Shown here: one piece after another, positions 1-8,504 of the stretch | How the letters are laid out: each line of letters starts with the position of its first letter | Numbering within the stretch: position 1 is the first letter of the stretch | Source: Hyperthermus butylicus DSM 5456 | GTDB lineage: Archaea > Thermoproteota > Thermoprotei_A > Sulfolobales > Pyrodictiaceae | Reading direction: 5' to 3' | NCBI RefSeq assembly: GCF_000015145.1 | Contig: NC_008818.1 | Span: 510,001 to 542,000 of the forward strand | DNA length: 32,000 nt | Notes under the pieces: model-generated | What the model was told of the DNA's origin: nothing | Database searches by the model: none | What the model saw: only the letters and a program-made list of their open reading frames with translations | Program-made: the position numbers and the translations under genes

Positions 1-1
1 A

Positions 2-250
2 GCTGAGAAGGAGGGCCTAGAGACCGTTACCAAGGATAAGGTTGACGGAATGTTCAAGAGCCTATGGACGAACCCTCTGCCCGAGGCTCCAGAAATAGAC
101 CCAGAAGAGTCGGTCAAGGTTATAGGCAGCGTGGTCGAGAAGGCCTACAAGCAAGCCCTGCAGTTGTCGAGAGAAGCAACAAAGATAGTCATGGCCGAGC
201 GCGGGCTGACAATCGACGAGCCGATAGGCTGTGCATGCGGCAGCGTGTAG
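2..250 (+). CDS. C-terminal part of a CDS entering from the left edge; product not recognised
   Basis: The frame of the 50..250 ORF stays open back to nt 2 (AEKEGLETVTKDKVDG-MFKSLW...). Stop is TAG 248-250. Acidic helical tail ending GCACGSV. No family motif I can name. Confidence 0.4.
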   Translation, partial: AEKEGLETVTKDKVDGMFKSLWTNPLPEAPEIDPEESVKVIGSVVEKAYKQALQLSREATKIVMAERGLTIDEPIGCACGSV

Positions 251-649
251 CAACACGGTCAAAGCCGCTACCTCCCTCTCAAGCCTCGGCTTCCCAACTA
301 GCTTGGCCGGATACCTGACCCGCTCCCCTACCGTTCACCCACTAATCCACCCTAAGTGGTAAGGTGGGCAAGGTAACCTTCCAGCTAGTCGCACCATAAG
401 GTGATGAACAACTAACACCAAGGGTGTTCATAACAGCTTGTTTTCATGATTCTCGGCCGCGAAACGTAGGATGCATAGCCTCGTTTCATGGTCTATCTTG
501 CCAAGGTCTTGCCGGAAATACCATTTCACAAGAGAAGCCTTGCTTGATAATCCTAGTGGAATTCGCACACACTTATGTTTCGCATCCACGCGTGGCACAT
601 GAAAGAATATGAATGCTAAGAGAATTCGAAAGGAGAGGATGTGTGGAAT

Positions 650-728
650 TGGTGCGGCGGCCGGGATTTGAACCCGGGATCACCGGCTTGGAAGGCCGGC
701 GTCCTAGTCCAGGCTAGACGACCGCCGC
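650..728 (-). tRNA. tRNA-Gly (anticodon UCC), CCA encoded
   Basis: Reverse complement reads GCGGCGG-U-CGUCUAGCCUGGACUAGGACG-CCGGC-CUUCCAA-GCCGG-UGAUC-CCGGG-UUCAAAU-CCCGG-CCGCCGC-A-CCA. It has a 7-bp acceptor stem, a 5-bp anticodon stem, loop CU-UCC-AA and a canonical T arm. Confidence 0.93.
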
Positions 729-915
729 AACCGTGTTAGACGCTGAGTTTTAGGGTCCGGGTGTATTATTGGTTACTTGGCTGTGCTGACAAGAGGGTCT
801 CCTTGACCGCCCTGCTGGGCGGGGTGAGGAGAGCCGGAAAAACTGAGCCGCATATACCTGGTCTGATTGTTGGTTAATGCTTAAGAGCCCCCTCCCGTAA
901 GCTGTCTGTAATGGT

Positions 916-990
916 GCCGCCGTAGCTCAGCGGGAGAGCGCCCGGCTGAAGACCGGGCGGTCCGGGGTTCGAATCCCCGCGGCGGCACCA
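916..990 (+). tRNA. tRNA-Phe (anticodon GAA), CCA encoded
   Basis: GCCGCCG-UA-GCUC-AGCGGGA-GAGC-G-CCCGG-CUGAAGA-CCGGG-CGGUC-CGGGG-UUCGAAU-CCCCG-CGGCGGC-A-CCA. All four stems are fully Watson-Crick. Confidence 0.93.
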
Positions 991-1065
991 GCCCCATTCT
1001 CCGGTCCACTTCTCCTCCCTGTCTGCGGTGGCTTCTTAGCTAGGAGATTGGTGGTGTTTCTGCCG

Positions 1066-1141
1066 GGCTGCTGGTGATGAGGACTTGCCCTTCGCGAGCC
1101 TTGCGGGGGCTGTGACGGCTACCGTGGCGGCTGAGGCAGCC
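1066..1141 (+). ncRNA. C/D-box sRNA candidate (2'-O-methylation guide)
   Basis: Terminal stem GGCTGC (1066-1071) / GCAGCC (1136-1141). C box GTGATGA 1074-1080, then 12 nt GGACTTGCCCTT, then degenerate D' CGCG 1093-1096. A 15-nt linker leads to C' GTGACGG 1112-1118, 12 nt CTACCGTGGCGG, and D box CTGA 1131-1134. Intergenic between tRNA-Phe and rps13. Confidence 0.5.
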
Positions 1142-1212
1142 TTAGACTTATAGAGGGGGGCTGGTGTTTCGGGCTGGCTGGGTGCTGGTATAGGGATGGC
1201 TATCTGCTGGGG

Positions 1213-1674
1213 GTGGTTGTGCTGAGCGAGCAGCAGTACCGTTACATTGTCCGGATACTCGGTACTGACATTCCGGGCGATCTGAAGGTACCCTATGGCC
1301 TAGCGCTGGTTAAGGGTATTGGTGTAAACCTAGCTTATGCTCTCTGCAGGCTTCTAGGTATTGATCCAAATAAGAGGATCGGATTTCTCACCGATGCCGA
1401 GATAGAGAAGATCGAGAAGGCAATGGCTAACCCATTAGCGATTGGTATCCCGGTATGGATGCTCAACAGGAGGAAGGACTACGAGACCGGTAAGGATCTA
1501 CATCTAGTGGGTGCTGACCTCATATATTACGTCAAGCGTGACATTGAGAGGGAGAAGAGGATAAGGAGCTGGAGGGGTATACGTCACGCTCTCGGCCTCA
1601 AGGTGCGTGGCCAGAGGACAGCCACAACTGGCCGTATTGGTATGACCATTGGTGTGAGGAAGGGCAAGAAGTAA
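1213..1674 (+). CDS. rps13: 30S ribosomal protein S13 (uS13)
   Basis: YRYIVRILGTDIPGDLKVPYGLALVKGIGVNLAYALC... and C-terminal RGQRTATTGR are typical of archaeal S13. First gene of the conserved S13-S4-S11-RpoD block. GTG start. Confidence 0.95.
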   Translation: MVVLSEQQYRYIVRILGTDIPGDLKVPYGLALVKGIGVNLAYALCRLLGIDPNKRIGFLTDAEIEKIEKAMANPLAIGIPVWMLNRRKDYETGKDLHLVGADLIYYVKRDIEREKRIRSWRGIRHALGLKVRGQRTATTGRIGMTIGVRKGKK

Positions 1675-1690
1675 TCTCGGGGTGTGAGCC

Positions 1691-2221
1691 GTGGGTGACC
1701 CGAAGAAGCCCCGTAAGAAGTGGATGGGTCCCAAGCACCCCTGGATTAAGGAGAGGCTTGTACGTGAGCTAGAACTGGTTGGTAGGTACGGGCTGCGTAA
1801 CAAGCGTGAGCTATGGAAGCTTGAGACTCTTGCTCGCTACTTCCGTCACCGTGCGCGTTCGCTGCTAGCTCTCCCACCCGAGGTACGTGAAAAGGAAGAA
1901 AAGGCACTGCTGGCAAGGCTTAATGAGCTAGGTGTGCTGCCGGAGAATGCAACGCTTGACGACGTACTGAACCTAACAGCAGAGCACTTCCTCGAGAGGA
2001 GGCTACAAACAATAGTCTACAAGAAGGGCCTAGCCAGGACAATCTACGAGGCACGTCAGCTCATAGTGCATGGTCATATAGCTATTGCTGGTCGGAAGAT
2101 ACGTAGCCCAGGCTACCTGGTTAAGAAGGACGAGGAGGACCTGGTCGACTACGCGCCCACAAGCCCATATGCAAAGCGTAGACTTGAAGAGCAGGTGCAG
2201 CAGGAGGAGGCAGCTAGCTGA
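1691..2221 (+). CDS. rps4: 30S ribosomal protein S4 (uS4)
   Basis: N-terminal [17 protein letters not shown] and the S4 RNA-binding domain [34 protein letters not shown]. Confidence 0.95.
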   Translation: MGDPKKPRKKWMGPKHPWIKERLVRELELVGRYGLRNKRELWKLETLARYFRHRARSLLALPPEVREKEEKALLARLNELGVLPENATLDDVLNLTAEHFLERRLQTIVYKKGLARTIYEARQLIVHGHIAIAGRKIRSPGYLVKKDEEDLVDYAPTSPYAKRRLEEQVQQEEAAS

Positions 2222-2237
2222 AGAGGGGTGATACACG

Positions 2238-2639
2238 GTGGTGTTCTCGGCTCGCGAGATTAAGTGGGGTGTAGCCCACATATACTCGAGCTACAACAAC
2301 ACGATAATACACATCACAGACCTCACCGGCGCCGAGACCGTAGCTAGGACTAGTGGCGGCATGGTCGTGAAGGCTGACCGCGAGAAGCCAAGCCCCTACG
2401 CCGCAATGCTAGCTGCCAGTCGTGCAGCACAGCAGGCCATGGATAGGGGTATAATGGCGCTTCACATCAAGGTTAGAGCCCCTGGAGGCCACGGCCCCAA
2501 GACGCCAGGCCCGGGTGCACAGGCAGCAATACGTGCTCTAGCAAGAGCAGGCTTCATAATAGGCCGCATTGAGGACGTGACGCCACTGCCCCACGACACA
2601 ACGAGAAGGCCTGGCGGTAGGAGGGGTCGCCGCGTCTAG
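2238..2639 (+). CDS. rps11: 30S ribosomal protein S11 (uS11)
   Basis: [51 protein letters not shown]; C-terminal [15 protein letters not shown]. Confidence 0.95.
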   Translation: MVFSAREIKWGVAHIYSSYNNTIIHITDLTGAETVARTSGGMVVKADREKPSPYAAMLAASRAAQQAMDRGIMALHIKVRAPGGHGPKTPGPGAQAAIRALARAGFIIGRIEDVTPLPHDTTRRPGGRRGRRV

Positions 2640-2789
2640 CCAGGCGACATTTTACCGCCAGCCGTATCCTGGCTTCTCGCGGAACTCTTTGCTCCGCCTA
2701 CCCGGTTTTGTCACGGCCTCCCCTCTGTGGGGCTGCATGCAGGAATATAACTTGGCTTGGGCTGACTTGCTGCGCTAGGGAGCTGCGTC

Positions 2790-3635
2790 TTGGCGAGGCT
2801 GTGCATACTAGATAAGGATAGGCTGACGATTCGACTCTACGTTGAGGGGTTCGGGCTCCCACTAGTAAATGCTATACGCAGGGCAGCCTATTCCGATGTG
2901 CCGGTAATGGCTGTAGATGTTGTCGAGGTGTTTGAAAACAACACCGTGCTCTACGATGAGATTATAGCTCACCGCTTAGGCCTAATACCCCTAACCAGCA
3001 AGGAGGCGCTACAGAAGTACAAGAGGCCTGAGGAGTGCGAGAAAGCTGAGCTGGGCGACCCCAGCTGTTACGTGGTTCTACGCCTCGAAGTTGAGACAGG
3101 GCCGCGAGAGGAGCGCATAGTGTACAGCGGCGACCTCGAGACCAGTGACCCCGATGTACGCCCTGTCTACGATAATATGCCGATAGTGGTTATGGCCCCT
3201 GATCAGAGGCTGAGGCTGCAGGCATACGCGAGACTGGGTTATGGCCGAGAGCATGCCAAGTGGATGCCAGTTAGCGTTGCTGCCCACCGTTACCTCCCAA
3301 TACTAGAGTTTAACCTCGACGAGATGAGCGATGAGTGCATCCGCTGTATAGAGTCGGGCTATCCCGAGCTAGCGGCAAAGATAAGGGAGATGCGCAGCGG
3401 CAGCATAGCTGTGGTCGAGGACGTGAACACGTCTGGGCTATACTGGTGTGTACAGAGAAGATGTGGTGGCAAAGGCGTAAAGCTAGTCTACGACGATAAA
3501 CGATTCATACTGAAGATAGAGTCTACCGGCGCCCTCCCACCAGAGGATATTGTGCGGGAGGCTGCTAGAGCTATTGTGAGGAAGGCTGAAAACCTACTCT
3601 CCCAGCTAGCTGAGCTACGCCGGGAGCAAGGTTAG
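2790..3635 (+). CDS. rpoD: DNA-directed RNA polymerase subunit D (Rpo3)
   Basis: LVNAIRRAAYSDVPVMAVDVVEVFENNTVLYDEIIAHRLGLIPL (alpha-like dimerisation motif). The Cys-rich middle domain (CIRCIESG...YWCVQRRCGG) is as in crenarchaeal Fe-S-bearing subunit D. TTG start is uncertain. Confidence 0.9.
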   Translation: MARLCILDKDRLTIRLYVEGFGLPLVNAIRRAAYSDVPVMAVDVVEVFENNTVLYDEIIAHRLGLIPLTSKEALQKYKRPEECEKAELGDPSCYVVLRLEVETGPREERIVYSGDLETSDPDVRPVYDNMPIVVMAPDQRLRLQAYARLGYGREHAKWMPVSVAAHRYLPILEFNLDEMSDECIRCIESGYPELAAKIREMRSGSIAVVEDVNTSGLYWCVQRRCGGKGVKLVYDDKRFILKIESTGALPPEDIVREAARAIVRKAENLLSQLAELRREQG

Positions 3636-3646
3636 GGTGAGCAGCG

Positions 3647-4018
3647 GTGCAGACCACGAAGAGGACGGGGCCAACAAACATACTCGTAAGAATGACGATA
3701 CGTAAGCTACGCAGTGCAGCCCACAGAAACAAGGCGCCAATATGGAGGTATGTAGCGGAGCTTATCGAAAGGCCCCGAAGGCTGAGAATAGTAGTCAATG
3801 TGAGTAAGATTAACCGCTACACAGAGCCCGGAGACGTCGTTGTCGTACCAGGCAAGGTTCTCGGTGCCGGCAGCATAGACCATCCTGTAACTGTGGCAGC
3901 TCTAGGTTTTAGCGAGGAGGCAGCCCGGAAGATAGTCTCTGCTGGCGGCAGGATAATGCACATACTACAGCTCATCGAGGAGAATCCGCGCGGCAGCAAG
4001 GTCAAAATTATAATCTAG
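3647..4018 (+). CDS. rpl18e: 50S ribosomal protein L18e (eL18)
   Basis: KRTGPTNILVRMTIRKLRSAAHRNKAPIWRYVAELIERPRR...VVVPGKVLGAG, plus its position after rpoD. Confidence 0.92.
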   Translation: MQTTKRTGPTNILVRMTIRKLRSAAHRNKAPIWRYVAELIERPRRLRIVVNVSKINRYTEPGDVVVVPGKVLGAGSIDHPVTVAALGFSEEAARKIVSAGGRIMHILQLIEENPRGSKVKIII

Positions 4019-4052
4019 CCTCCCGTCATGGTGTGGGCTGGGGTGTACGGTT

Positions 4053-4538
4053 ATGGGCACGGTTAAGGTTGTAGCGCCAAAGCCTCCGGAGAGGGTCCTC
4101 TACGTGGATGCTACTGACCAGGTATTAGGTAGGATGGCTGCTGAGGTAGCTAAGAAGCTCCTAGAGGGCTACCGCGTCTACATTGTGAACGCTGAGAAAG
4201 CTGTGATAAGCGGCGATCCTCTAATGGTGTTCCGCGGCTACAGGATCTGGTGGGAGATCAAGGTACACGTTAACCCCTACAAGTGGGGCCCGCACAGGCC
4301 AAGGAGCCCAATAGCAATAGTCAAGAAGGCCGTCTATGGTATGCTGCCGAAGAACAAGCAGAAGGGTCGCGAGGCTATGAGGAGGCTCAAGGTATACATT
4401 GGTGTGCCGGAGGAGTTGAAGAACAAGCAGTTTATACGGTTCGGTTTCGCGGATGCACGTAGACTGGGTCACAAGTTTATACGTGTAGGCGAGCTAGCTC
4501 AGAGGCTTGGATGGAAGGGGGTGCGGTCTAGGAGTTGA
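4053..4538 (+). CDS. rpl13: 50S ribosomal protein L13 (uL13)
   Basis: VDATDQVLGRMAAEVAKKLLEGYRVYIVNAEKAVISG...AVYGMLPKNKQKGREAMRRLKVY. Confidence 0.95.
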   Translation: MGTVKVVAPKPPERVLYVDATDQVLGRMAAEVAKKLLEGYRVYIVNAEKAVISGDPLMVFRGYRIWWEIKVHVNPYKWGPHRPRSPIAIVKKAVYGMLPKNKQKGREAMRRLKVYIGVPEELKNKQFIRFGFADARRLGHKFIRVGELAQRLGWKGVRSRS

Positions 4539-5011
4539 GCGCGGAGGCTCAGCAGGTGGCGGTGCAGCAGCCTAGGCTGCTTGGTGCATATGTGCAGGTT
4601 GAGAAGCCTGTGAAGATAGTCATAGCTGTGGGTAAGAGGAAGACCAGTATAGCTAGGGCGGTCGTCAAGCCGGGCAAAGGGCGTGTATGGGTTAACGGTG
4701 TGCCGATAGAGCTGTGGCCCATAGAGATGGCCCGCTGGAAGATGATGGAGCCGCTCCTACTAGCTGGCAAGGACATAGTCAACAGTGTTGATATAAAGGT
4801 TAGTGTGTACGGAGGCGGCGTCATGAGCCAGGCTGACGCTGTAAGAATGGCTATTGCAAGAGGCCTCGTAGCCTACACGGGCAGCAAGGAGTTGCGCGAC
4901 ATATTCGAGGAGTTCGACCGTTCAATGATAGCTGGTGATCCGAGACAGACGGAGCCGGAGAAGCCTATGAGGAGGAGTGCTAGGAGAAGGTGGCAGAAGA
5001 GCTATAGGTGA
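4535..5011 (+). CDS. rps9: 30S ribosomal protein S9 (uS9)
   Basis: GKRKTSIARAVVKPGKGRVWVNG...VSVYGGGVMSQADAVRMAIARGL...DPRQTEPEKPMRRSARRRWQKSYR. Start overlaps the L13 stop by 4 nt. Confidence 0.95.
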   Translation: MSAEAQQVAVQQPRLLGAYVQVEKPVKIVIAVGKRKTSIARAVVKPGKGRVWVNGVPIELWPIEMARWKMMEPLLLAGKDIVNSVDIKVSVYGGGVMSQADAVRMAIARGLVAYTGSKELRDIFEEFDRSMIAGDPRQTEPEKPMRRSARRRWQKSYR

Positions 5012-5017
5012 AACACT

Positions 5018-5218
5018 ATGATTATTCCTATGCGTTGTTTTACGTGTGGTAGGCCTCTTGCTCAGTACTGGGAGGAGTTTCGTAGCCGCGTTGAGGGGGG
5101 CGAAGATCCCCGGAAGGTGCTTGATGAACTTGGTGTCAAAAGGTACTGTTGTAGGAAGACCCTACTGGCTCACGTTCCAGCCATCTATGAGGTTCGCAAG
5201 TTTAAGCGTGTACTCTAG
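5018..5218 (+). CDS. rpoN: DNA-directed RNA polymerase subunit N (Rpo10)
   Basis: MIIPMRCFTCGRPLAQYWEEF...GVKRYCCRKTLLAHV; the Zn-binding CxxC...CC signature of RpoN/Rpb10. Confidence 0.95.
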   Translation: MIIPMRCFTCGRPLAQYWEEFRSRVEGGEDPRKVLDELGVKRYCCRKTLLAHVPAIYEVRKFKRVL

Positions 5219-5263
5219 AGGTATAACCCCCCGTCCAGCTTGGTGCGTGGAGGGGGCTAGAAG

Positions 5264-5914
5264 ATGAGCCAGGAGTATGGGAGGCAGCAGGTAGAGATCG
5301 GGGGTAAGGTGGTAGAGCTACTCGTACCCCTTGAGCGTTACCTCTCGGCGGGAGTCCACATAGGTACACACATTTGTACAGCATATATGAGGAAGTTTGT
5401 GTACAGGGTTAGGCCTGACGGGCTCTACATCCTCGACATAAGGAAGACTGATGAGAGGCTAAGGGTGGCAGCAAAGTTCCTCGCTAGGTTTGAGCCCTCC
5501 AAGATAGTAGCGGTATCTGTGCGTCAGTACGGTCAGAGGCCTGTCCAGAAATTCTGCACATATATAGGCTGCAAGGCGATAACTGGCAGGATACTGCCTG
5601 GCACATTTACCAACCCGAGCCTAGAGTGGTACGTAGAGCCTGACGTCATAGTGGTCACGGACCCGCGTGCTGATAGCCAGGCAGTGGATGAGGCCGCGCG
5701 CATGGGCATCCCTGTAGTAGCACTTACCGACACCGACAACCGTGTAGAGAACATAGACCTTGTGATACCTGTCAACAACAAGGGTAGGAAGAGCCTAGCG
5801 CTAGTCTACTGGATACTCACCCGTGAAATACTAAGAGAGCAGGGCAAGATACCGCAGGATCAGGATCTACCCGAGCCGCCGGAAGCATTTGAGTTCAAGG
5901 TTAGGAGACACTAG
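5264..5914 (+). CDS. rps2: 30S ribosomal protein S2 (uS2)
   Basis: [18 protein letters not shown]...[15 protein letters not shown]...[34 protein letters not shown]. Confidence 0.95.
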
Positions 5915-6000
5915 CATGGAACAGCGCTTCTCCCTAGCTAGTAGGCCGATACTTTCGCACAGCCGATTTGTAGTGCTCCTCCTTCTCTATTCCTAGCTGG

Positions 6001-6894
6001 GTGAGGTGGCTAGTCCTGGCCAGCTACGCTGGCAGGATCATCGCTGGCCGCCGTCTTCCAGCCGTTGCAGGCTTATTTTACGAGGCTGATGCAGAGGCTC
6101 TAAAGGCGCAGATAGAGGCTGCCTTCCGGCACCCCCTGGGGCCCGGCTATGTACCGGAGGCTAGTAGTGAGAGGCGTCGTGAAAGCCTCGGCTTTCTCGT
6201 GCCACACGCAGGTTACATGTACAGCGGCCCAATAGCAGTCCACGCCTACGCTAAAATGGCCTTGGAGGGCTCTGCCGAGACCTACGTGATAGTAGGTCCT
6301 AACCACACAGGCCTCGGCGCTAGCGTGTCGGTTTACCCGGGAACAGCCTGGTCTACGCCACTGGGCGAGCTACAGGTCGACACTGAGCTTGCACGAGTAT
6401 TAGTTAAGGCTAGCTCGTACGCCGAGCTTGACGAGAAGGCTCACCTATACGAGCATAGTGTCGAGGTTCAACTACCCTTCCTCCAGTACCTCTTCAATGC
6501 ACGGGTTAGGATACTACCTGTGGTAGTCTATGAGCAAACACCCGAAGTTGCTCGAGACATTGCGGAGGCTCTCGTTGAGGCTGTGGAGAAGACGGGGAGA
6601 GACGTGGTTTTCATAGCTACGAGCAATCTTACACACTATGAGCCCTACGAGGCTGCTGTCGAGAAGGATAAGAAGGTTATAGATGCGATAATCTCGCTTA
6701 ACGCTGAGGAGCTATACAGGATTGTAACCAGCACGCCGGTCTCGATGTGTGGTCCGGCCGCGGCAATGGCGCTGATATACTACGCGAGGCTCCGCGACGC
6801 TCGTGGAGTTGAACTGTTGAAATACGCTACTAGCGGCGATGTAGCAGGTGATAAGAAGAGCGTTGTTGGCTATGCCGCTATAAGAGTCTACTAG
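6001..6894 (+). CDS. MEMO1-family protein (AmmeMemoRadiSam system protein B type)
   Basis: PAVAGLFYEADAEAL, VPHAGYMYSGPIAVHAY, VIVGPNHTG, EHSVEVQLPFLQY, SMCGPAAAMA...ATSGDV. The true start may lie downstream of the GTG at 6001. Confidence 0.85.
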   Translation: MRWLVLASYAGRIIAGRRLPAVAGLFYEADAEALKAQIEAAFRHPLGPGYVPEASSERRRESLGFLVPHAGYMYSGPIAVHAYAKMALEGSAETYVIVGPNHTGLGASVSVYPGTAWSTPLGELQVDTELARVLVKASSYAELDEKAHLYEHSVEVQLPFLQYLFNARVRILPVVVYEQTPEVARDIAEALVEAVEKTGRDVVFIATSNLTHYEPYEAAVEKDKKVIDAIISLNAEELYRIVTSTPVSMCGPAAAMALIYYARLRDARGVELLKYATSGDVAGDKKSVVGYAAIRVY

Positions 6895-6923
6895 CGATAG
6901 GGGCCTCGGCGGGCAGAGGAGCC

Positions 6924-7733
6924 TTGTACGAGTTCCCCTTGGCACTTGTGTTCGCTGGCGTACCTATTCCCGGGCGCAGCAATCCCTACATAGTCCTTGT
7001 GACTCCTAACACCCCCATAGGCGTTGATGTTGATGTTGAGGAGTCAGATAAGCCCTTGGCACGCGTTACCGGTGCTAGTCTGGGTTGGCGTTTTGAGCTA
7101 GCAGTAAAATCCTTCGTGGACACAGTGGCGGCACGACTCGAACAGCCAGTATCTATTAGTCTGCGTGTTGTGCTGCCCAGTAGTCTACAGTATCCACCTC
7201 CGGCCTCGGTCTATGCTGCTGTAACGCTAGCCATAGTTGCTAGTGTCGCGGAGGCTGGGGGCTACAGCATGGATCCCTATGAGGTTCTAGAGGCTGCAAA
7301 TAGCATAGACGAGGAGGGAGGTGTCGGCCTAGACTTCATAGATGCCATGAGGACCGCGATAGTCCGTGGTGAGAGCATAGTCTACCGTCGTGGCGAGGAC
7401 TCAGTACCATTGAGTATGGGTTCCAGGGTCGAGCTTGAGCTTGTCGGGGAGGATGATATAGGCGAGGACATGTCGAGGCAGCTCGATGAGTCTGTTATGG
7501 CTGCTGTGACGAGGCTCGGCGGGATGGCTGTTGTAGCAGCGGTGCAGAAGTTACGCAGTAGCGACTTTAGCCATGTCTTCCAGCTCGTCTCGAGAGTGGA
7601 TAACGCACTATTCCACCTACTCTATGGCGTCCAGACGCCGGAGGGGCCCTGCAAGTGGACACCATCGCTGCAGAGGGTGTACGGTGTTTGCCTCGAGGCG
7701 GGGCTGGGAGACAAGGTGGAGTTTACGTTGTAA
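6924..7733 (+). CDS. GHMP-kinase-fold protein with degenerate ATP/phosphate-binding motifs (sits in the mevalonate-kinase slot)
   Basis: Collinear with GHMP kinases. Where motif 2 (PxGSGLGSSA) is expected, this ORF reads LPSSLQYPPPASVYAAVTLAIVASVAEAGGYSMDPYEVLEAANSIDEE. Where motif 3 (TGAGGGG) is expected, it reads CLEAGLGDKV. Located directly upstream of ipk, and its 3' end overlaps the longest ipk ORF. Confidence 0.55.
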   Translation: MYEFPLALVFAGVPIPGRSNPYIVLVTPNTPIGVDVDVEESDKPLARVTGASLGWRFELAVKSFVDTVAARLEQPVSISLRVVLPSSLQYPPPASVYAAVTLAIVASVAEAGGYSMDPYEVLEAANSIDEEGGVGLDFIDAMRTAIVRGESIVYRRGEDSVPLSMGSRVELELVGEDDIGEDMSRQLDESVMAAVTRLGGMAVVAAVQKLRSSDFSHVFQLVSRVDNALFHLLYGVQTPEGPCKWTPSLQRVYGVCLEAGLGDKVEFTL

Positions 7734-8470
7734 AGCTTGGCGGTAGCGTTGTAACCGTGAAGGATAAGCCGTTTACGCCAAACCTTGACATACTCCACCA
7801 CCTTGCTAGGGTTCTCGCGGGGCTCAATAGGGAGGGCAGGCTTGCAGGCATAGTTATAGGCGGTGAAAGCTATGGCCACTACGTAGCTAAGACTCTCGGA
7901 GAAGCAGGCGTTAGTGCTGGTGAGGCATTGTCAGCTATTCCCAGGGCTATGATGGAGCTTAGCCTTCTAGCTGCGGACGTGTTCTCCATGTATGGGCTAC
8001 ATGTTGTGGTATATCCGCCTCACAGCTTCTGCAAACCTCAAGGACTAAGACCCTCCTGCAACTGGAGCCTAGTCATGGGTTATGAGTGGGGGCGTCCTAT
8101 ACCCCTAGTCTATGGTGATGCCTACCCCTGCTCCAGCGGGGCCTGCATTGTCTCGGGCGATGAGCTAGCAATGGAAATGGCTTGTGCTCTCGGAGCCAGC
8201 GGCGTCATCTATGCCACCACCGTGCCGGGTGTATTGGGTAGGGATGGTAGGCCTATCCCGAGGCTTAGGCTCAGCGAGCTAGACAGGGTGGCAGTAGGGG
8301 GTTCCGACAAACTAGACGTCACTGGTGGTATGAGAAGGAAGCTTGAAGCCATAAGGGCTAATTGGTGTGAGGGGCTAAGCCGCGTAGTTATAGTCTATGG
8401 TTTGGAGCCGAACAACATAGAGCAAGCAGTACTGGGCGCAGCGGGGGTTGGCACTGAAATACTCCCCTAG
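7655..8470 (+). CDS. ipk: Isopentenyl phosphate kinase (amino-acid-kinase family)
   Basis: VVKLGGSVVTVKDKP, IVIGGESYGHYVAK, IVSGDELAMEMA, DVTGGMRRKLEA. The real start is probably later than 7655 (e.g. TTG 7688), because the conserved core begins at VYVVKLGGS. Confidence 0.85.
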   Translation: MDTIAAEGVRCLPRGGAGRQGGVYVVKLGGSVVTVKDKPFTPNLDILHHLARVLAGLNREGRLAGIVIGGESYGHYVAKTLGEAGVSAGEALSAIPRAMMELSLLAADVFSMYGLHVVVYPPHSFCKPQGLRPSCNWSLVMGYEWGRPIPLVYGDAYPCSSGACIVSGDELAMEMACALGASGVIYATTVPGVLGRDGRPIPRLRLSELDRVAVGGSDKLDVTGGMRRKLEAIRANWCEGLSRVVIVYGLEPNNIEQAVLGAAGVGTEILP

Positions 8471-8504
8471 GAAGTCCTGCATCATGTGAGGTGTACGGTA
8501 GGCC

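Noticed and set aside
401-452. C box GTGATGA at 401-407 as the start of a C/D sRNA
   Set aside because: No CTGA D or D' box occurs at 12-nt spacing or anywhere within 80 nt. The motif is part of a simple inverted repeat.
783-846. C/D-box-like arrangement between the two tRNAs (GTGCTGA ...12 nt... CTTG ... CCGCCC-tgct-GGGCGG ... GTGAGGA-12 nt-CTGA)
   Set aside because: The C-like box has C at the position of the A needed for the sheared G.A pair. D' is unrecognisable and the terminal stem is only 3 bp. The region must also hold the two divergent tRNA promoters.
5046-5267. 73-aa ORF overlapping rpoN in another frame
   Set aside because: rpoN has an unmistakable Zn-ribbon signature, and the alternative frame has no recognisable features.
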